DNA of 64,000 bases, taken from NCBI GenBank assembly GCA_035544575.1, contig DATKEC010000117.1, positions 11,865 to 75,864 on the forward strand, in the 5' to 3' direction. The DNA is from Acidimicrobiia bacterium. GTDB taxonomy: Bacteria; Actinomycetota; Acidimicrobiia; Spongiisociales; ZC4RG35. Both the position numbers and the translations under genes were made by a program. Each line of letters opens with the position of its first letter. Position 1 is the stretch's first letter. This document shows, one piece after another, positions 10,229-19,615 of the stretch. The notes under the pieces were generated by a model that was not told the origin of the DNA, did no database searches, and saw only the letters and a list, made by a program, of their open reading frames with translations.

Positions 10229-10270
10229 CTACGACCTCATCCTAGAAACGTTTCTAGGATGAGGTCGTAG
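10229..10270. promoter_or_regulatory. Perfect 42-bp palindrome (21 + 21) centred on AAACGTTT, ending 24 nt upstream of the CoA-transferase start codon. Probable operator.
   Basis: The sequence ctacgacctcatcctagaaac gtttctaggatgaggtcgtag was verified base by base with no mismatches. It creates two spurious mirror ORFs that both end in YDLILETFLG. Confidence 0.6.
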
Positions 10271-10293
10271 TTCGTACCAAACTGGATGGAGCG

Positions 10294-11556
10294 ATGAACC
10301 CCCCCACCGAGGACACTCGACCCCCTACGAGGCCAGCGCCCCTCTCCGACGTGCGTGTACTTGCAGTCGAACAGTACGGTGCGGGCCCTTTCGGCACTCT
10401 GCAACTCGCCGACCTCGGCGCCGAAGTCATCAAAATCGAGGATCCTCGTTCCGGCGGAGACGTCAGCCGCTACGTCCCGCCATTCCAGGACGGGGAGCAC
10501 AGTCTGTTCTTCGAGTCGTTCAACCGAAACAAGCGGAGCTTGGGCCTCGACATCTCCAACCCCGCCGGGCGCCGGGTGTTCGAAGATCTCGTCGCCGTCT
10601 CCGACGTCGTGTACTCCAACCTTCGCGGCGACGTCCCCGCCCGGCTCCGGCTTCGCTACGCCGACCTGGCGGACGTCAACCCGGCGATCGTCTGCGTCTC
10701 ATTGTCCGGATTCGGCATGACCGGACCCCGCGTGGCCGAACCAGGCTACGACCCGATTCTTCAGGCGCTGGCTGGGTGGATGAGTGTCACGGGCGACCCG
10801 GCCGGGCCGCCCACCAAATCGGGACTGTCGCTAGTTGATTATGCGGGCGGATACGTCGCCGCGATTTCACTACTCGCCGCGCTTCATGCCGCGCGGCGTG
10901 ACGGCATCGGCATGGACTGCGACGTCAGCCTCTACGACACCGCCATCAGCCTTCTCACCTACCCGGCGATCTGGTACCTCAACGGCGGACTCATACCCGA
11001 GCGCAAGGCGAACTCGGCTCATCCCTCCCTCATCCCTTTTCAGGCATTCGAGGCGGCAGACGGATGGCTCACCGTCGCTTGCGCCAAAGAGAAGTTCTGG
11101 CAGCGCCTCGTCGTCGTGCTCGGGCTACCGGAACTCACCACCGATCCCCGGTTTTCCGACTTCGACGCTCGGAGGGAACACGCAGCCAGCCTCGGACCGA
11201 TCCTCGAGGGAGCCTTTCGTACCGACACGGTCGCGGGGTGGGTTGATCGTCTGGCAGACGCCGGAGTACCCACCGCCCCTGTCCAGTCCCTCCCCGAGGC
11301 ACTGACGGACGCCCATACTCTCGCCCGCGACCTCATCGTCGAGACCGACCATCCACTGTTCGGGCCGATCCGCCAGGTCGCCAGTTCGGTCCGGGCAGGT
11401 AACTCGATCACGGATCACCGACCCGGACCCGCGCGCAACGAGGCGTCGGACTACGCCCTGTCCACGATCCTCGGCTATGACCAGCGGACCATCGCCGCGC
11501 TCACCGCGGAAGGAGCGTTCGGCGAGGTTTCCGCTGAGTCCAAAGACTGCCGATGA
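10294..11556 (+). CDS. Family III CoA-transferase (CaiB/BaiF family).
   Basis: 420 aa with N-terminus LSDVRVLAVEQYGAGPFGTLQLADLGAEVIKIE. GGATGGAG RBS upstream. Confidence 0.85.
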   Translation: MNPPTEDTRPPTRPAPLSDVRVLAVEQYGAGPFGTLQLADLGAEVIKIEDPRSGGDVSRYVPPFQDGEHSLFFESFNRNKRSLGLDISNPAGRRVFEDLVAVSDVVYSNLRGDVPARLRLRYADLADVNPAIVCVSLSGFGMTGPRVAEPGYDPILQALAGWMSVTGDPAGPPTKSGLSLVDYAGGYVAAISLLAALHAARRDGIGMDCDVSLYDTAISLLTYPAIWYLNGGLIPERKANSAHPSLIPFQAFEAADGWLTVACAKEKFWQRLVVVLGLPELTTDPRFSDFDARREHAASLGPILEGAFRTDTVAGWVDRLADAGVPTAPVQSLPEALTDAHTLARDLIVETDHPLFGPIRQVASSVRAGNSITDHRPGPARNEASDYALSTILGYDQRTIAALTAEGAFGEVSAESKDCR

Positions 11557-11590
11557 ACCGCCCACGATTACAGGCCCGGTCTGATGTCGG

Positions 11591-11636
11591 CCGTTACGAT
11601 TCCGGGCCACTCCGGAAACGTTGAAGCGTTTTCGGC
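11591..11636. promoter_or_regulatory. Two candidate operator boxes upstream of the LacI-family regulator gene (possible autoregulation).
   Basis: The boxes are ccgttacgattccggg and ccggaaacg ttgaag cgttttcgg. The second is an interrupted palindrome. Confidence 0.4.
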
Positions 11637-11684
11637 CATCCGAGCCCAGGGAGTTGCGTGCACAGCGGAGAAAACAACCCCACG

Positions 11685-12683
11685 ATGAAGGAAGTGGCGT
11701 CTCGCGCTGGCGTCGCGCTCTCCTCCGTCTCCCGAGTTCTCAACCACCATCCCGACGTGAGCGAACGCATGCGCCGGCGAGTTCTGAACGCGGTCGACGA
11801 CCTCGGCTATGAGCCGAACCTTGTCGCGTCGAGCCTGCGCCGCGGGTCGACCCATACGATCGGCTTCGTCGTCTCCGACATCTCCAACCCGCTGTTCGCA
11901 GACTTCACGAAGGGAGCGGGTGACCGGCTCCATGCCGCCGGCTATTCGATGGTGCTCACCAACGCCGGAAGCGACCCGGAACAAGATGAAGCGATGATCC
12001 GCCTCCTCCGCTGGAGGAGGGTGGACGGCCTGATCACGTCGCTCGCAGACGAGTCCCGCCCAGATACGATCGCCGAACTCCAGCGGATAGAAGTCCCCAT
12101 CGTTCTACTCGACCGGTTCGTCGACGAACTTCCGAATGCCTCTGTCATCAGTGCCGAACACGCCTCGGGGATGACAGAGGCGACGGCGCAGTTGCTCGCC
12201 CTCGGCCACCGCCGCATCGCCTTGATCTCCGGATCCCCCCGCATCCGGCCTCCGAACGAGCGGGTGGAGGGCTTCCGACGGGCATTCGACCGCTTCCGTA
12301 TCCCGTACCCATCCGACCTCGTGCGTCTGGGGAGCTTCTCGCCGGAGTTCGGGACACGTTCCACCACTGAATTGCTCGCCTTGCCCGAGCCGCCAACGGC
12401 GATCATCTCTGGTGGCAACTTGTTGCTGACGGGCGTGTTGCGAGCGTTGCGGAGCGCCGCGCTGCATCCGGGTCGGGACATCGCGATAATCTCCTGCGAC
12501 GACGTCGCGCTCGCGGAACTGCACACCCCGCCTATCACTGTGATCGCCCGCGACACGGTCCGAATGGGCGAGTTGGCAGCGGAGTTGATGCTGGAGCGCC
12601 TCGCATCCGAGGATGCTCCGCCCCGCGTCGAACGCGTGCCCACCACCGTCGTGATGCGCGAGTCGACTTTCCCGCTGAGGTAG
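11685..12683 (+). CDS. LacI-family transcriptional regulator. The ORF-track start at GTG 11658 is also possible.
   Basis: N-terminal HTH MKEVASRAGVALSSVSRVLNHHPDVSERMRRRVLNAVDDLGYEPNLVASSLR followed by a periplasmic-binding-fold sugar-binding domain. Confidence 0.85.
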   Translation: MKEVASRAGVALSSVSRVLNHHPDVSERMRRRVLNAVDDLGYEPNLVASSLRRGSTHTIGFVVSDISNPLFADFTKGAGDRLHAAGYSMVLTNAGSDPEQDEAMIRLLRWRRVDGLITSLADESRPDTIAELQRIEVPIVLLDRFVDELPNASVISAEHASGMTEATAQLLALGHRRIALISGSPRIRPPNERVEGFRRAFDRFRIPYPSDLVRLGSFSPEFGTRSTTELLALPEPPTAIISGGNLLLTGVLRALRSAALHPGRDIAIISCDDVALAELHTPPITVIARDTVRMGELAAELMLERLASEDAPPRVERVPTTVVMRESTFPLR

Positions 12684-12693
12684 TCGGCGTCGC

Positions 12694-12933
12694 CTAGGTC
12701 TCTATGACGCAGAGACCGGCCCCGGTGGCTACCTCGTCGCCCTCTGACACCAGCGTCTCGACCAACGTCCCCCCGATCGGCGTGGGCACCTCCATCTCGA
12801 CCTTGTCGGTCTCGACCCGCACGATGGGATCACCGGCCGCCACCGTTCCACCGATTGGAACCAACCAATCCAGCAGCAGGACCTCGTCGACGGTGTCGGC
12901 GACCTTGGGCAGCTTCACGATACTCCGTGGCAC
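12694..12933 (-). CDS. Free-standing lipoyl (biotin/lipoyl attachment) domain protein, 79 aa.
   Basis: Contains the VETDKVEMEV lipoyl-lysine motif. The protein is a single roughly 80-aa hybrid-barrel domain with no E2 catalytic domain. Confidence 0.7.
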   Translation of the reverse strand: MPRSIVKLPKVADTVDEVLLLDWLVPIGGTVAAGDPIVRVETDKVEMEVPTPIGGTLVETLVSEGDEVATGAGLCVIET

Positions 12934-12945
12934 AGCGGCGACCTC

Positions 12946-13929
12946 CTAGGCGTACACATTGCGGAACATCGCGGCGGGCTCGGGGAAGGGTGACTCCTTC
13001 ACCTGAGCTACCAACTCCTCGAGTGCTCCGCCGACCGCTTTCTCGAGTTGCTCTGCGGATTCCGCAGTGAGCACTCCCTCGTCGATCAGTCTGGCGCGGA
13101 ACGTGTTGATCGGATCCCGCTCGTACCACCTCTCGAACTCACCTGGGACCCGATAGGGAGCGGTGTCGGCCCGGGAATGGCCGGCATAGCGGTAGGTCTT
13201 TGCTTCGAGCAGGCTCGGCCCGTCGCCGGCACGCGCCCGGGCGAGGGCTGTGTTCATCGCCTGTTCGACCGCGTCGGGGTCCTGGCCATTCACGATCACA
13301 CCCGGGATGCCGTACGACACCGCTCGGTCGGCGAGATCCTCGATGGGTGTCGTGACATCGATCCGGCTGTATTCGCCGTACTGGTTGTTCTCGCAGACGA
13401 ACACCACAGGGAGCTTCCAGATGGCGGCCAGGTTGATTCCCTCGTGGAATGCACCGATGTTCGAGGCGCCGTCACCGAAGACCGCAATCGCGGCATCGTC
13501 GGTTCCGTTCACCTGAGCAGTCAGCGCGGCGCCCGCGGCCACGGGAATGCCTGCGCCGATGATCGCGAACGTCGGAAGAAGACCCACCTCGGGCTCGCAC
13601 AGATGCATGGAGCCGCCCACACCTCCCACCGATCCACCCACACGACCCATGATCTCGGCGAGGACGCTCTCTCCGGTCACACCCAATGCAAGCGCCACAC
13701 CGTGACCTCGATAGGTACAGGTCACCTGATCGGTGGGCCGAGCGGCCGCGGCGATGCCCACGGCAACCGCCTCCTGACCCTGGCAGGTATGAGTGGTACC
13801 GTGGACGATCCCCTCGGCGAACAGATCCTTGACACGATCCTCGAACGAGCGGATCTCCACCATCCGGCGGAACCGCTCTACGCGATCGGTCTGCAATGCC
13901 CTCCGGCGCTCGAGCGGAACTGAACTCAT
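12946..13929 (-). CDS. TPP-dependent 2-oxoacid/acetoin dehydrogenase E1 component, alpha subunit.
   Basis: TPP-binding motif GDGASNIGAFHEGINLAAIWKLPVVFVCENNQY. The start at 13929 forms an ATGA overlap with the E1-beta stop. Confidence 0.85.
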   Translation of the reverse strand: MSSVPLERRRALQTDRVERFRRMVEIRSFEDRVKDLFAEGIVHGTTHTCQGQEAVAVGIAAAARPTDQVTCTYRGHGVALALGVTGESVLAEIMGRVGGSVGGVGGSMHLCEPEVGLLPTFAIIGAGIPVAAGAALTAQVNGTDDAAIAVFGDGASNIGAFHEGINLAAIWKLPVVFVCENNQYGEYSRIDVTTPIEDLADRAVSYGIPGVIVNGQDPDAVEQAMNTALARARAGDGPSLLEAKTYRYAGHSRADTAPYRVPGEFERWYERDPINTFRARLIDEGVLTAESAEQLEKAVGGALEELVAQVKESPFPEPAAMFRNVYA

Positions 13930-14939
13930 CTCGACTCCTTCTTCTTCCACCACGGAGACGGGAGAGAACCCGTCGCCAGTAGCTCGTCGACCTGGCTCAC
14001 CACGTACTCGGCGGAGGGAAGAAAACGGGCCTCGAGTTCCTTGCCGAACGGGACAGGGACATCTGGACAGGTGATGCGGGTGATCGGCGCCGTGAGATGC
14101 CGGAAGCCCTCACCGGCCAACCGGGCAGCGACCTCGACCCCCCATCCGCCGGTGAAAGGAGACTCTTCCACGAGTACGAGACGGCCTGTGCGCTCCACCG
14201 AGAACAGGACCGCCTCGACGTCCCAGGGCAGGAGAGATCGCAGGTCGATGACGTCTGCCGACCACGACGCCATCGCCGTAGCTTCGAGGACGGTGCGAAC
14301 CATCGCCCCGAGCGTGACGATCGTGACATCGTCTCCTGACTCCGCGAGCTGGGCAGAACCGAGCTGCACGAGTTGGTCATCGCCGGTCTCGACGTCGCCC
14401 CTGGTGGCGTAGAGCACCCGGGGCTCGAGGACGACGACGGGATTGGGATCGCGGATCGCCGACCGGATCAGCCCATAGGCGTTCTGGGGGCTGGAGGCCA
14501 CGGCCAGCTTGAGGCCGGGCGTGGCGAACATCCACGTTTCGAGCGTCTGTGAGTGTTGTGCCCCAAAGCCGAGTCCTGCACCGACCGACGCTCGCACAAC
14601 CATCGGCACGGTCACCTTCCCGCCCGAGAGGTAATGGAACTTGGCCGCCTCGGTCGACACCTGATCGAGGGCGACTCCGAGAAACTCCACGAACATGATC
14701 TCGACCACGGGGCGCAGGCCGGTGCAGGCGGCGCCGACCGCCGCCCCGACGAATCCCATCTCGGAGATCGGAGTGTCGCGTACGCGCAGCGGCCCGAACT
14801 CGTCGAGCAGACCATCCGAGGTCTTGAATGGTCCTCCCGCTGCTGCGACGTCCTCGCCGAGCACGACGACGGACGCGTCGGCCCGCATCTCGTCGGCGAT
14901 ACCCGCCGCAATCGCCTGGTTCATTCGCATCTTGGGCAT
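13926..14939 (-). CDS. 2-oxoacid/acetoin dehydrogenase E1 component, beta subunit.
   Basis: Real start MPKMRMNQAIAAGIADEMRADASVVVLGEDV at 14939. The ORF-track N-terminal extension is Arg/Ser-rich junk. The protein has a transketolase-like fold. Confidence 0.85.
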   Translation of the reverse strand: MPKMRMNQAIAAGIADEMRADASVVVLGEDVAAAGGPFKTSDGLLDEFGPLRVRDTPISEMGFVGAAVGAACTGLRPVVEIMFVEFLGVALDQVSTEAAKFHYLSGGKVTVPMVVRASVGAGLGFGAQHSQTLETWMFATPGLKLAVASSPQNAYGLIRSAIRDPNPVVVLEPRVLYATRGDVETGDDQLVQLGSAQLAESGDDVTIVTLGAMVRTVLEATAMASWSADVIDLRSLLPWDVEAVLFSVERTGRLVLVEESPFTGGWGVEVAARLAGEGFRHLTAPITRITCPDVPVPFGKELEARFLPSAEYVVSQVDELLATGSLPSPWWKKKESR

Positions 14940-14975
14940 GGTTCTCCTCTCGGTGCGGCGACTATAGCGACGGGT

Positions 14976-14991
14976 CCGGAAACGTATCCAT
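14976..14991. promoter_or_regulatory. Candidate operator box tccggaaacgtatcca upstream of the E1-beta/alpha/lipoyl operon.
   Basis: Same GGAAACG-type core as the other boxes. Located in the 103-bp gap 14940-15042. Confidence 0.3.
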
Positions 14992-15042
14992 CCGCCCAAG
15001 AGGTGGGAAACGGAAGACCAAGCCAGCTCCGGGCGGTACCTT

Positions 15043-16341
15043 TCAGCTTGCCGGGACCCCTGCCTGATGGAGGATGAGCTCGGAAACGGGATCATCCTCC
15101 CACCCATCGAATGTACCCATCCGGAGGCGGATTTCGTCCACGTCGAGCGGCCTTCCCGCTCGCACGACGAGGCGGATGTCCCCGAGTGCGAGGATGTCGA
15201 CGAGCGGATCGGCCCGGACGACGACGACGTCGGCGCGGTACCCAGGCGCCAGCGCGCCAACCTGGTCGCCGACCCCAAGCGCGGCGGCGGCGTGCACCGT
15301 GGCAGCGGCGAGGGCTTCGTGCGGTCGCAGACCCGCATCCACCATCAGCGCCAGTTCGTCGTGCAGGCCGAATCCGGGGACGATATTCGGCCACGGTGCG
15401 TCTGAACCGGCGATGACCCGACAGCCTGCCGCATGGAGTGTCTGCAAGATCGACTTCATCGCCACGGCACTCCCTTGTCGGGCGAGGCGTTCTTCGGCAG
15501 ACCCTGTGCGATGGGGGAACCGGGACCAGGCATCGAGGATGCCCGGATGAACCCACTCTCGACGCCTGTCGTTTGCGAACACCATGTCGTTGACCGTCGC
15601 GAGACGGTCCCAGACCACGAGGGTCGGGCACAACGTCGTGCCTGCGGCGAGGAGGCGTTCTGCGATGTCGGCGGTCTCATCCGCCGGAACCGTCGGCCCG
15701 TCGACGTGATGCACACAACCCGACAGATGCTCGAGTTCTGCGACCCCGCCTGCCAGCGCCTCAGCGAGCGATGAGACGCCAAGGTGAGCGAGCACGTCCA
15801 GACCCACGCCGCGAGCGGTCTCGACGGCGGCCGCGATCTGGGCCGGCGTGACGTTCACGTAGAGTTTCACGGCGTCGACACCGGCAGCCGCGAGTTCACG
15901 CACCGACATGCGGATCGCCTCGACGTCGACGTGTGATCGGCCGATCGTGGGCCACCAGGCCTGCTCGCCGTCGAGCAGCGGTCCCGTGCAGAGTATGGTC
16001 GGGCCGGATGTCGGGTCCTCGGTGGTTCGGCGCCGCCGTTCCAGGATCCAGTCGAGGCGGTTGCCCGTGTCGCGTACGGTGGTGACACCTGCCGCCAGCA
16101 GTCCCGGAAGCATCCAATCCGCCAAATGCACGTGAGAGTCGATGAGCCCCGGAACGGCGGTCCCCTGCACCTCCACCCGGCGCACGCCGGACGGGGAACC
16201 CGGTTGAATCGACGTGATTCGGTCCCCGTCGATCATCAACGCATGCCGTTCGATGATCCGATGGCCGTCCCAAATCCTGTCCGGGATCAGGGCCCATCTG
16301 TCCGGGATCAGGGCCCATCGTTCAGGGATGTCGTCGCTCAT
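15043..16341 (-). CDS. Amidohydrolase-family metal-dependent hydrolase. The real start is at 16341 (MSDDIPERW...).
   Basis: Contains the HVH metal-binding motif (GLIDSHVHLADW) and an amidohydrolase-like C-terminus. Strong GGAGGAGGA RBS upstream of 16341. A 21-bp in-frame tandem duplication lies near the N-terminus. Confidence 0.75.
   Translation of the reverse strand: MSDDIPERWALIPDRWALIPDRIWDGHRIIERHALMIDGDRITSIQPGSPSGVRRVEVQGTAVPGLIDSHVHLADWMLPGLLAAGVTTVRDTGNRLDWILERRRRTTEDPTSGPTILCTGPLLDGEQAWWPTIGRSHVDVEAIRMSVRELAAAGVDAVKLYVNVTPAQIAAAVETARGVGLDVLAHLGVSSLAEALAGGVAELEHLSGCVHHVDGPTVPADETADIAERLLAAGTTLCPTLVVWDRLATVNDMVFANDRRREWVHPGILDAWSRFPHRTGSAEERLARQGSAVAMKSILQTLHAAGCRVIAGSDAPWPNIVPGFGLHDELALMVDAGLRPHEALAAATVHAAAALGVGDQVGALAPGYRADVVVVRADPLVDILALGDIRLVVRAGRPLDVDEIRLRMGTFDGWEDDPVSELILHQAGVPAS
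16277..16318. repeat. Perfect 21-bp tandem duplication (2 copies) inside the amidohydrolase coding sequence. It encodes WALIPDR twice.
   Basis: The unit ctgtccgggatcagggcccat is repeated exactly at 16277-16297 and 16298-16318. Confidence 0.9.
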
Positions 16342-16458
16342 CTGCTCCTCCTCCGGGGAACCACGCCTCTCTCGCCCCACAGTCGCTCCGGGCGACGTGG
16401 CAGCGTACGTGCTGGCCGATGCGCTTCGGTCTCGACGAGCGCCGACCACCAACGTGGA

Positions 16459-17817
16459 TCACACCGCGGCAGCCACCTCGGACAGCGTCTCCCGCAGCGC
16501 CCCGACCGCGGCTGCGAGGGTGTCTGCGTCGACGGTGAACGCGGGAACGAAGTTCGTGCAGTCGCCAACGAGGACCCCGGAATGCCGCAGCGTGCGTAGG
16601 AGGAAGCCCCGCCTCCACATCCCATCCCACAGCCGCCGCGGTATGTCGGCTTCGGCCGGAAAGGGCTCCCTGGAGTCCCTGGATCGAACGTATTCGATAC
16701 CGATCAGCAGTCCTTTCCCTCGTACCTCTCCCACTATCGGGGCATCGGCGAGTTCCTGGTCGAGCATCTCCCGAGCGACCTCTCCCATCTTCTTCGCTCG
16801 ATCGAACAGGTTCTCTTCCTCGATGATGTCGAGGACCACGGATCCGACCGCGCACGAGATCGGGTTCCCGGAATACGTGTGGACGGCCGACACGCCGCGC
16901 CCCGCCGCCTCGATCGTGTCCGCCACCGTGCCGCGTACGAGGGTGGCGGCCAGGGGTGCGTAACCCCCGGTGAGCCCCTTGCCGAGGTTGGAGAGGTCGG
17001 CGGTGACTCCGATCTGGTCGAAAGCGAGAAATGTGCCGCACCGCCCGGCACCGGATACGATCTCGTCCGCGATCAGCAGGATGCCGTAGTGATCACAGAT
17101 CCGCCGTACCTCGCGCCAATAGGATGGATCCGGCACGACCATCCCCGCCGACGGCGAGATCGGCTCTGCGATGAACGCTGCCACCGTCTCTGGACCTTCC
17201 GCCTCGATCGCGTCGATCAAGAGAGCCGCCGCACTCTCAGCGGCCTCCTTTGGCTCGAGGTCGCGGAACGGCCCGCGATATGTGACCGGGGGCGGGATGC
17301 TGCCAATCTCGAACAGATAAGGCGCGTAATCATCCGTGATGTCCTTCCGTCCGGTCACAGACAGCGCGCCCGCGGTGGCACCGTGGTAGCTCGGAGCAAG
17401 GGACAGCACTTTCGAGCGGTTTGGTTCGTCCCGAGCGAGGTGATACTGCCGGACGATGCGGAGGGAGAGTTCGTTCGCCTCCGATCCGCCCGAGCTGAAC
17501 ATCACCTTCTCGATGCCAGGGGGCGAGAGCGCCACGTATCGAGCAGCCAGTTCCTCCTGCCTGTCGTTTGTCACCCAGGAGTTGTGGATGAACGCGAGAC
17601 GCTCCGCCTGTTCGGCCATCGCCCGGGCGACACGCGTGCGTCCCTGTCCGATCGAGGCAGTCGTCGAGATACCGCTCGCCAGGTCGATGAGGCGGTGGCC
17701 GGTCTCATCCCAGAGTTCATAGCCTTCACCGCGCACGATGACAGGCAGGGAGTCCCCCGGACTCCGGTAGAAGATGGCAGATGATCGGGTGCTCGTACCG
17801 GACATCACCGGGACCAT
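16459..17817 (-). CDS. Class III PLP-dependent aminotransferase (omega-aminotransferase family).
   Basis: 452 aa with the typical class III fold pattern. Divergent from SBP gene 2. Confidence 0.8.
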   Translation of the reverse strand: MVPVMSGTSTRSSAIFYRSPGDSLPVIVRGEGYELWDETGHRLIDLASGISTTASIGQGRTRVARAMAEQAERLAFIHNSWVTNDRQEELAARYVALSPPGIEKVMFSSGGSEANELSLRIVRQYHLARDEPNRSKVLSLAPSYHGATAGALSVTGRKDITDDYAPYLFEIGSIPPPVTYRGPFRDLEPKEAAESAAALLIDAIEAEGPETVAAFIAEPISPSAGMVVPDPSYWREVRRICDHYGILLIADEIVSGAGRCGTFLAFDQIGVTADLSNLGKGLTGGYAPLAATLVRGTVADTIEAAGRGVSAVHTYSGNPISCAVGSVVLDIIEEENLFDRAKKMGEVAREMLDQELADAPIVGEVRGKGLLIGIEYVRSRDSREPFPAEADIPRRLWDGMWRRGFLLRTLRHSGVLVGDCTNFVPAFTVDADTLAAAVGALRETLSEVAAAV

Positions 17818-17912
17818 AGGACGGACGCCAGTGTCCGTAGCTGCCGAACGTCTGAGGATCTTTTTCCCGAGATCCCGATACAGGGCCCTTCGCGTCGTCT
17901 ACGATCCGAATT

Positions 17913-17928
17913 CGGGAATCGTTACCGG
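17913..17928. promoter_or_regulatory. Candidate operator box cgggaatcgttaccgg in the divergent region between the aminotransferase gene and SBP2.
   Basis: Fits the same motif family. Confidence 0.3.
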
Positions 17929-18011
17929 TGCCGATGGCCGGTCGGAGGTGGCGTTCCCGCGATCCGGCGCACCGCGCCGGGAGACAGGCAAACGATCCAG
18001 AGGAGATAACC

Positions 18012-19607
18012 GTGAGGAACAAGACCCTCGGCCTGCTCCTGGTGCTGGCATTGGTCGCAACTGCGTGCACTCCGGGTGCCGATACAACGACCACAGCGAG
18101 TACCGGGACGACTGCGCCCAGCGAAACCACTACGACAGCCGCGGGGGACACGACCACAACCGCGGCACCCAGTGACCCGACCGGTGGCGCCCTGATCGTC
18201 GCGGAGACCACCCCGCCCGTCACCCTCGATCCAACCCAGTCGGCGCTGATCAAGACATGGCTGCCATGGCAGCTCGTTTTCGACTCCTTGATCCTTCAGC
18301 AGCCCGACGGCTCGTTCGAGCCGCGGCTGGCGACCGATTGGACGATCAGCGACGACGGCCTCACCTACACGTTCAACCTGCGGGAGGGCGTCGTCTTCCA
18401 CAACGGTGAGCCCTTCGAGGCCGACGATGTGGTGTTCACCTTCGAGCGGGCCAAAGAAGTGGGAATCCCGTATGCACTGGCCCGCGTCGGCGTCATCGAG
18501 TCGATCACCGCATTGGACGAACTCACCGTCGAAATCGTGCTCTCTCAGTTCGACTCCGGATTCCTGAACAACCTCGCAAACACGTTCCCGGTGTCGACCG
18601 CCATCCTCAACCGGGAGGCGAGCGCGACGTCCGATCCGGCCCTCTTCATGGTCGGGACCGGGCCATTCAAGATGGTGGCGTATGCCCCGGAACGGGAACT
18701 CGTCCTCGAGAAGAACGCCGAGTATTGGGAGCCCGACCGGCCCAAGGTGGACTCCCTCATCATCCAGTACATCCCCGAACAGCAGGCCCAACTCGCCGCC
18801 CTCCAGGCCGGGGAGATCGACCTGATGTTCCCGACGCCCGAGTCGGCGCTCGTCCTCGCTTCCGACCCGAACATCACTCTGGCGGAGGTGACGTCAGCGA
18901 ACATCGTGCGACTCAACGTCAACAGCAGCCGACCACCGCTCGATGACGTCAACGTTCGCCGGGCGATTGCGCTGGCCATCGACCGCCAAGCGATCGTCGA
19001 CGGAGCACTGCTCGGACAGGGAAAACCCTCCTCCTACATTCCGGAGGCATACGCCTGGGCACCCAGCCTCGAGGAGCAACCGTATTCGTCCCAGGACGTC
19101 GAAGAGGCGCAGCGTCTCCTCGCTGAAGCGGGATATCCGGACGGCGTCGACATCGAACTGATGCACCTGGCAGGTTATGGGACGTATCTGGACCTGTTCG
19201 TCGAGATCCTGGCCGACCAGTTGGCCGACGTCGGTATCCGGGCGAACATCGTCCCCCAGGAGCAGGCGACATGGCTCGACCGGCTACTGAACGCGAACTA
19301 CGACGTCACCGACAACGAGTTCTCGTTCCAGGCCGATCCGTTCCAATACTTGCGCATCCGCCGCGAACGGCAGGGGCCCGCCGATCCCGTCATCGACGAG
19401 CTCGAGGCGGCCGCCCTGGCGGCAGGTCCCGACGACCTGGTGGGCATCCTGGAAGAGCTCGCCCGGACCCATGCCGACCTGGTCTACCCCGATATCCCGA
19501 TCATGGCGCGCACGGCCTTCACGGCCTACCGGAACAACGTGGTGGGGGTGAACCAGGACTTCACGAACAGCTATCGCTTCCTGGTGGACGTCGGCAAGGA
19601 GGGTTGA
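18012..19607 (+). CDS. ABC transporter substrate-binding lipoprotein, family 5 (DppA-like), paralog 2. GTG start.
   Basis: AGGAGA RBS 5 nt before GTG 18012. Signal peptide with lipobox (LVATAC). The mature region is Thr-rich. Confidence 0.85.
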   Translation: MRNKTLGLLLVLALVATACTPGADTTTTASTGTTAPSETTTTAAGDTTTTAAPSDPTGGALIVAETTPPVTLDPTQSALIKTWLPWQLVFDSLILQQPDGSFEPRLATDWTISDDGLTYTFNLREGVVFHNGEPFEADDVVFTFERAKEVGIPYALARVGVIESITALDELTVEIVLSQFDSGFLNNLANTFPVSTAILNREASATSDPALFMVGTGPFKMVAYAPERELVLEKNAEYWEPDRPKVDSLIIQYIPEQQAQLAALQAGEIDLMFPTPESALVLASDPNITLAEVTSANIVRLNVNSSRPPLDDVNVRRAIALAIDRQAIVDGALLGQGKPSSYIPEAYAWAPSLEEQPYSSQDVEEAQRLLAEAGYPDGVDIELMHLAGYGTYLDLFVEILADQLADVGIRANIVPQEQATWLDRLLNANYDVTDNEFSFQADPFQYLRIRRERQGPADPVIDELEAAALAAGPDDLVGILEELARTHADLVYPDIPIMARTAFTAYRNNVVGVNQDFTNSYRFLVDVGKEG

Positions 19608-19615
19608 TCTGGATC

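Noticed and set aside
10035-10500. Two small ORFs (10035..10262 plus strand and 10237..10500 minus strand) ending in the identical peptide YDLILETFLG
   Set aside because: They are mirror-image artefacts created by the perfect 42-bp palindrome. The region is a divergent promoter.
13926-15338. N-terminal extensions of several ORF-track entries (for example 13926..15338, 15043..16452, 35415..36932, 37577..38578, 57819..59150, 45731..47482, 27438..28709)
   Set aside because: The extensions are Arg/Pro/Ser-rich and overlap neighbouring genes. Internal ATG or GTG codons with an RBS or ATGA/GTGA coupling give family-typical N-termini instead.
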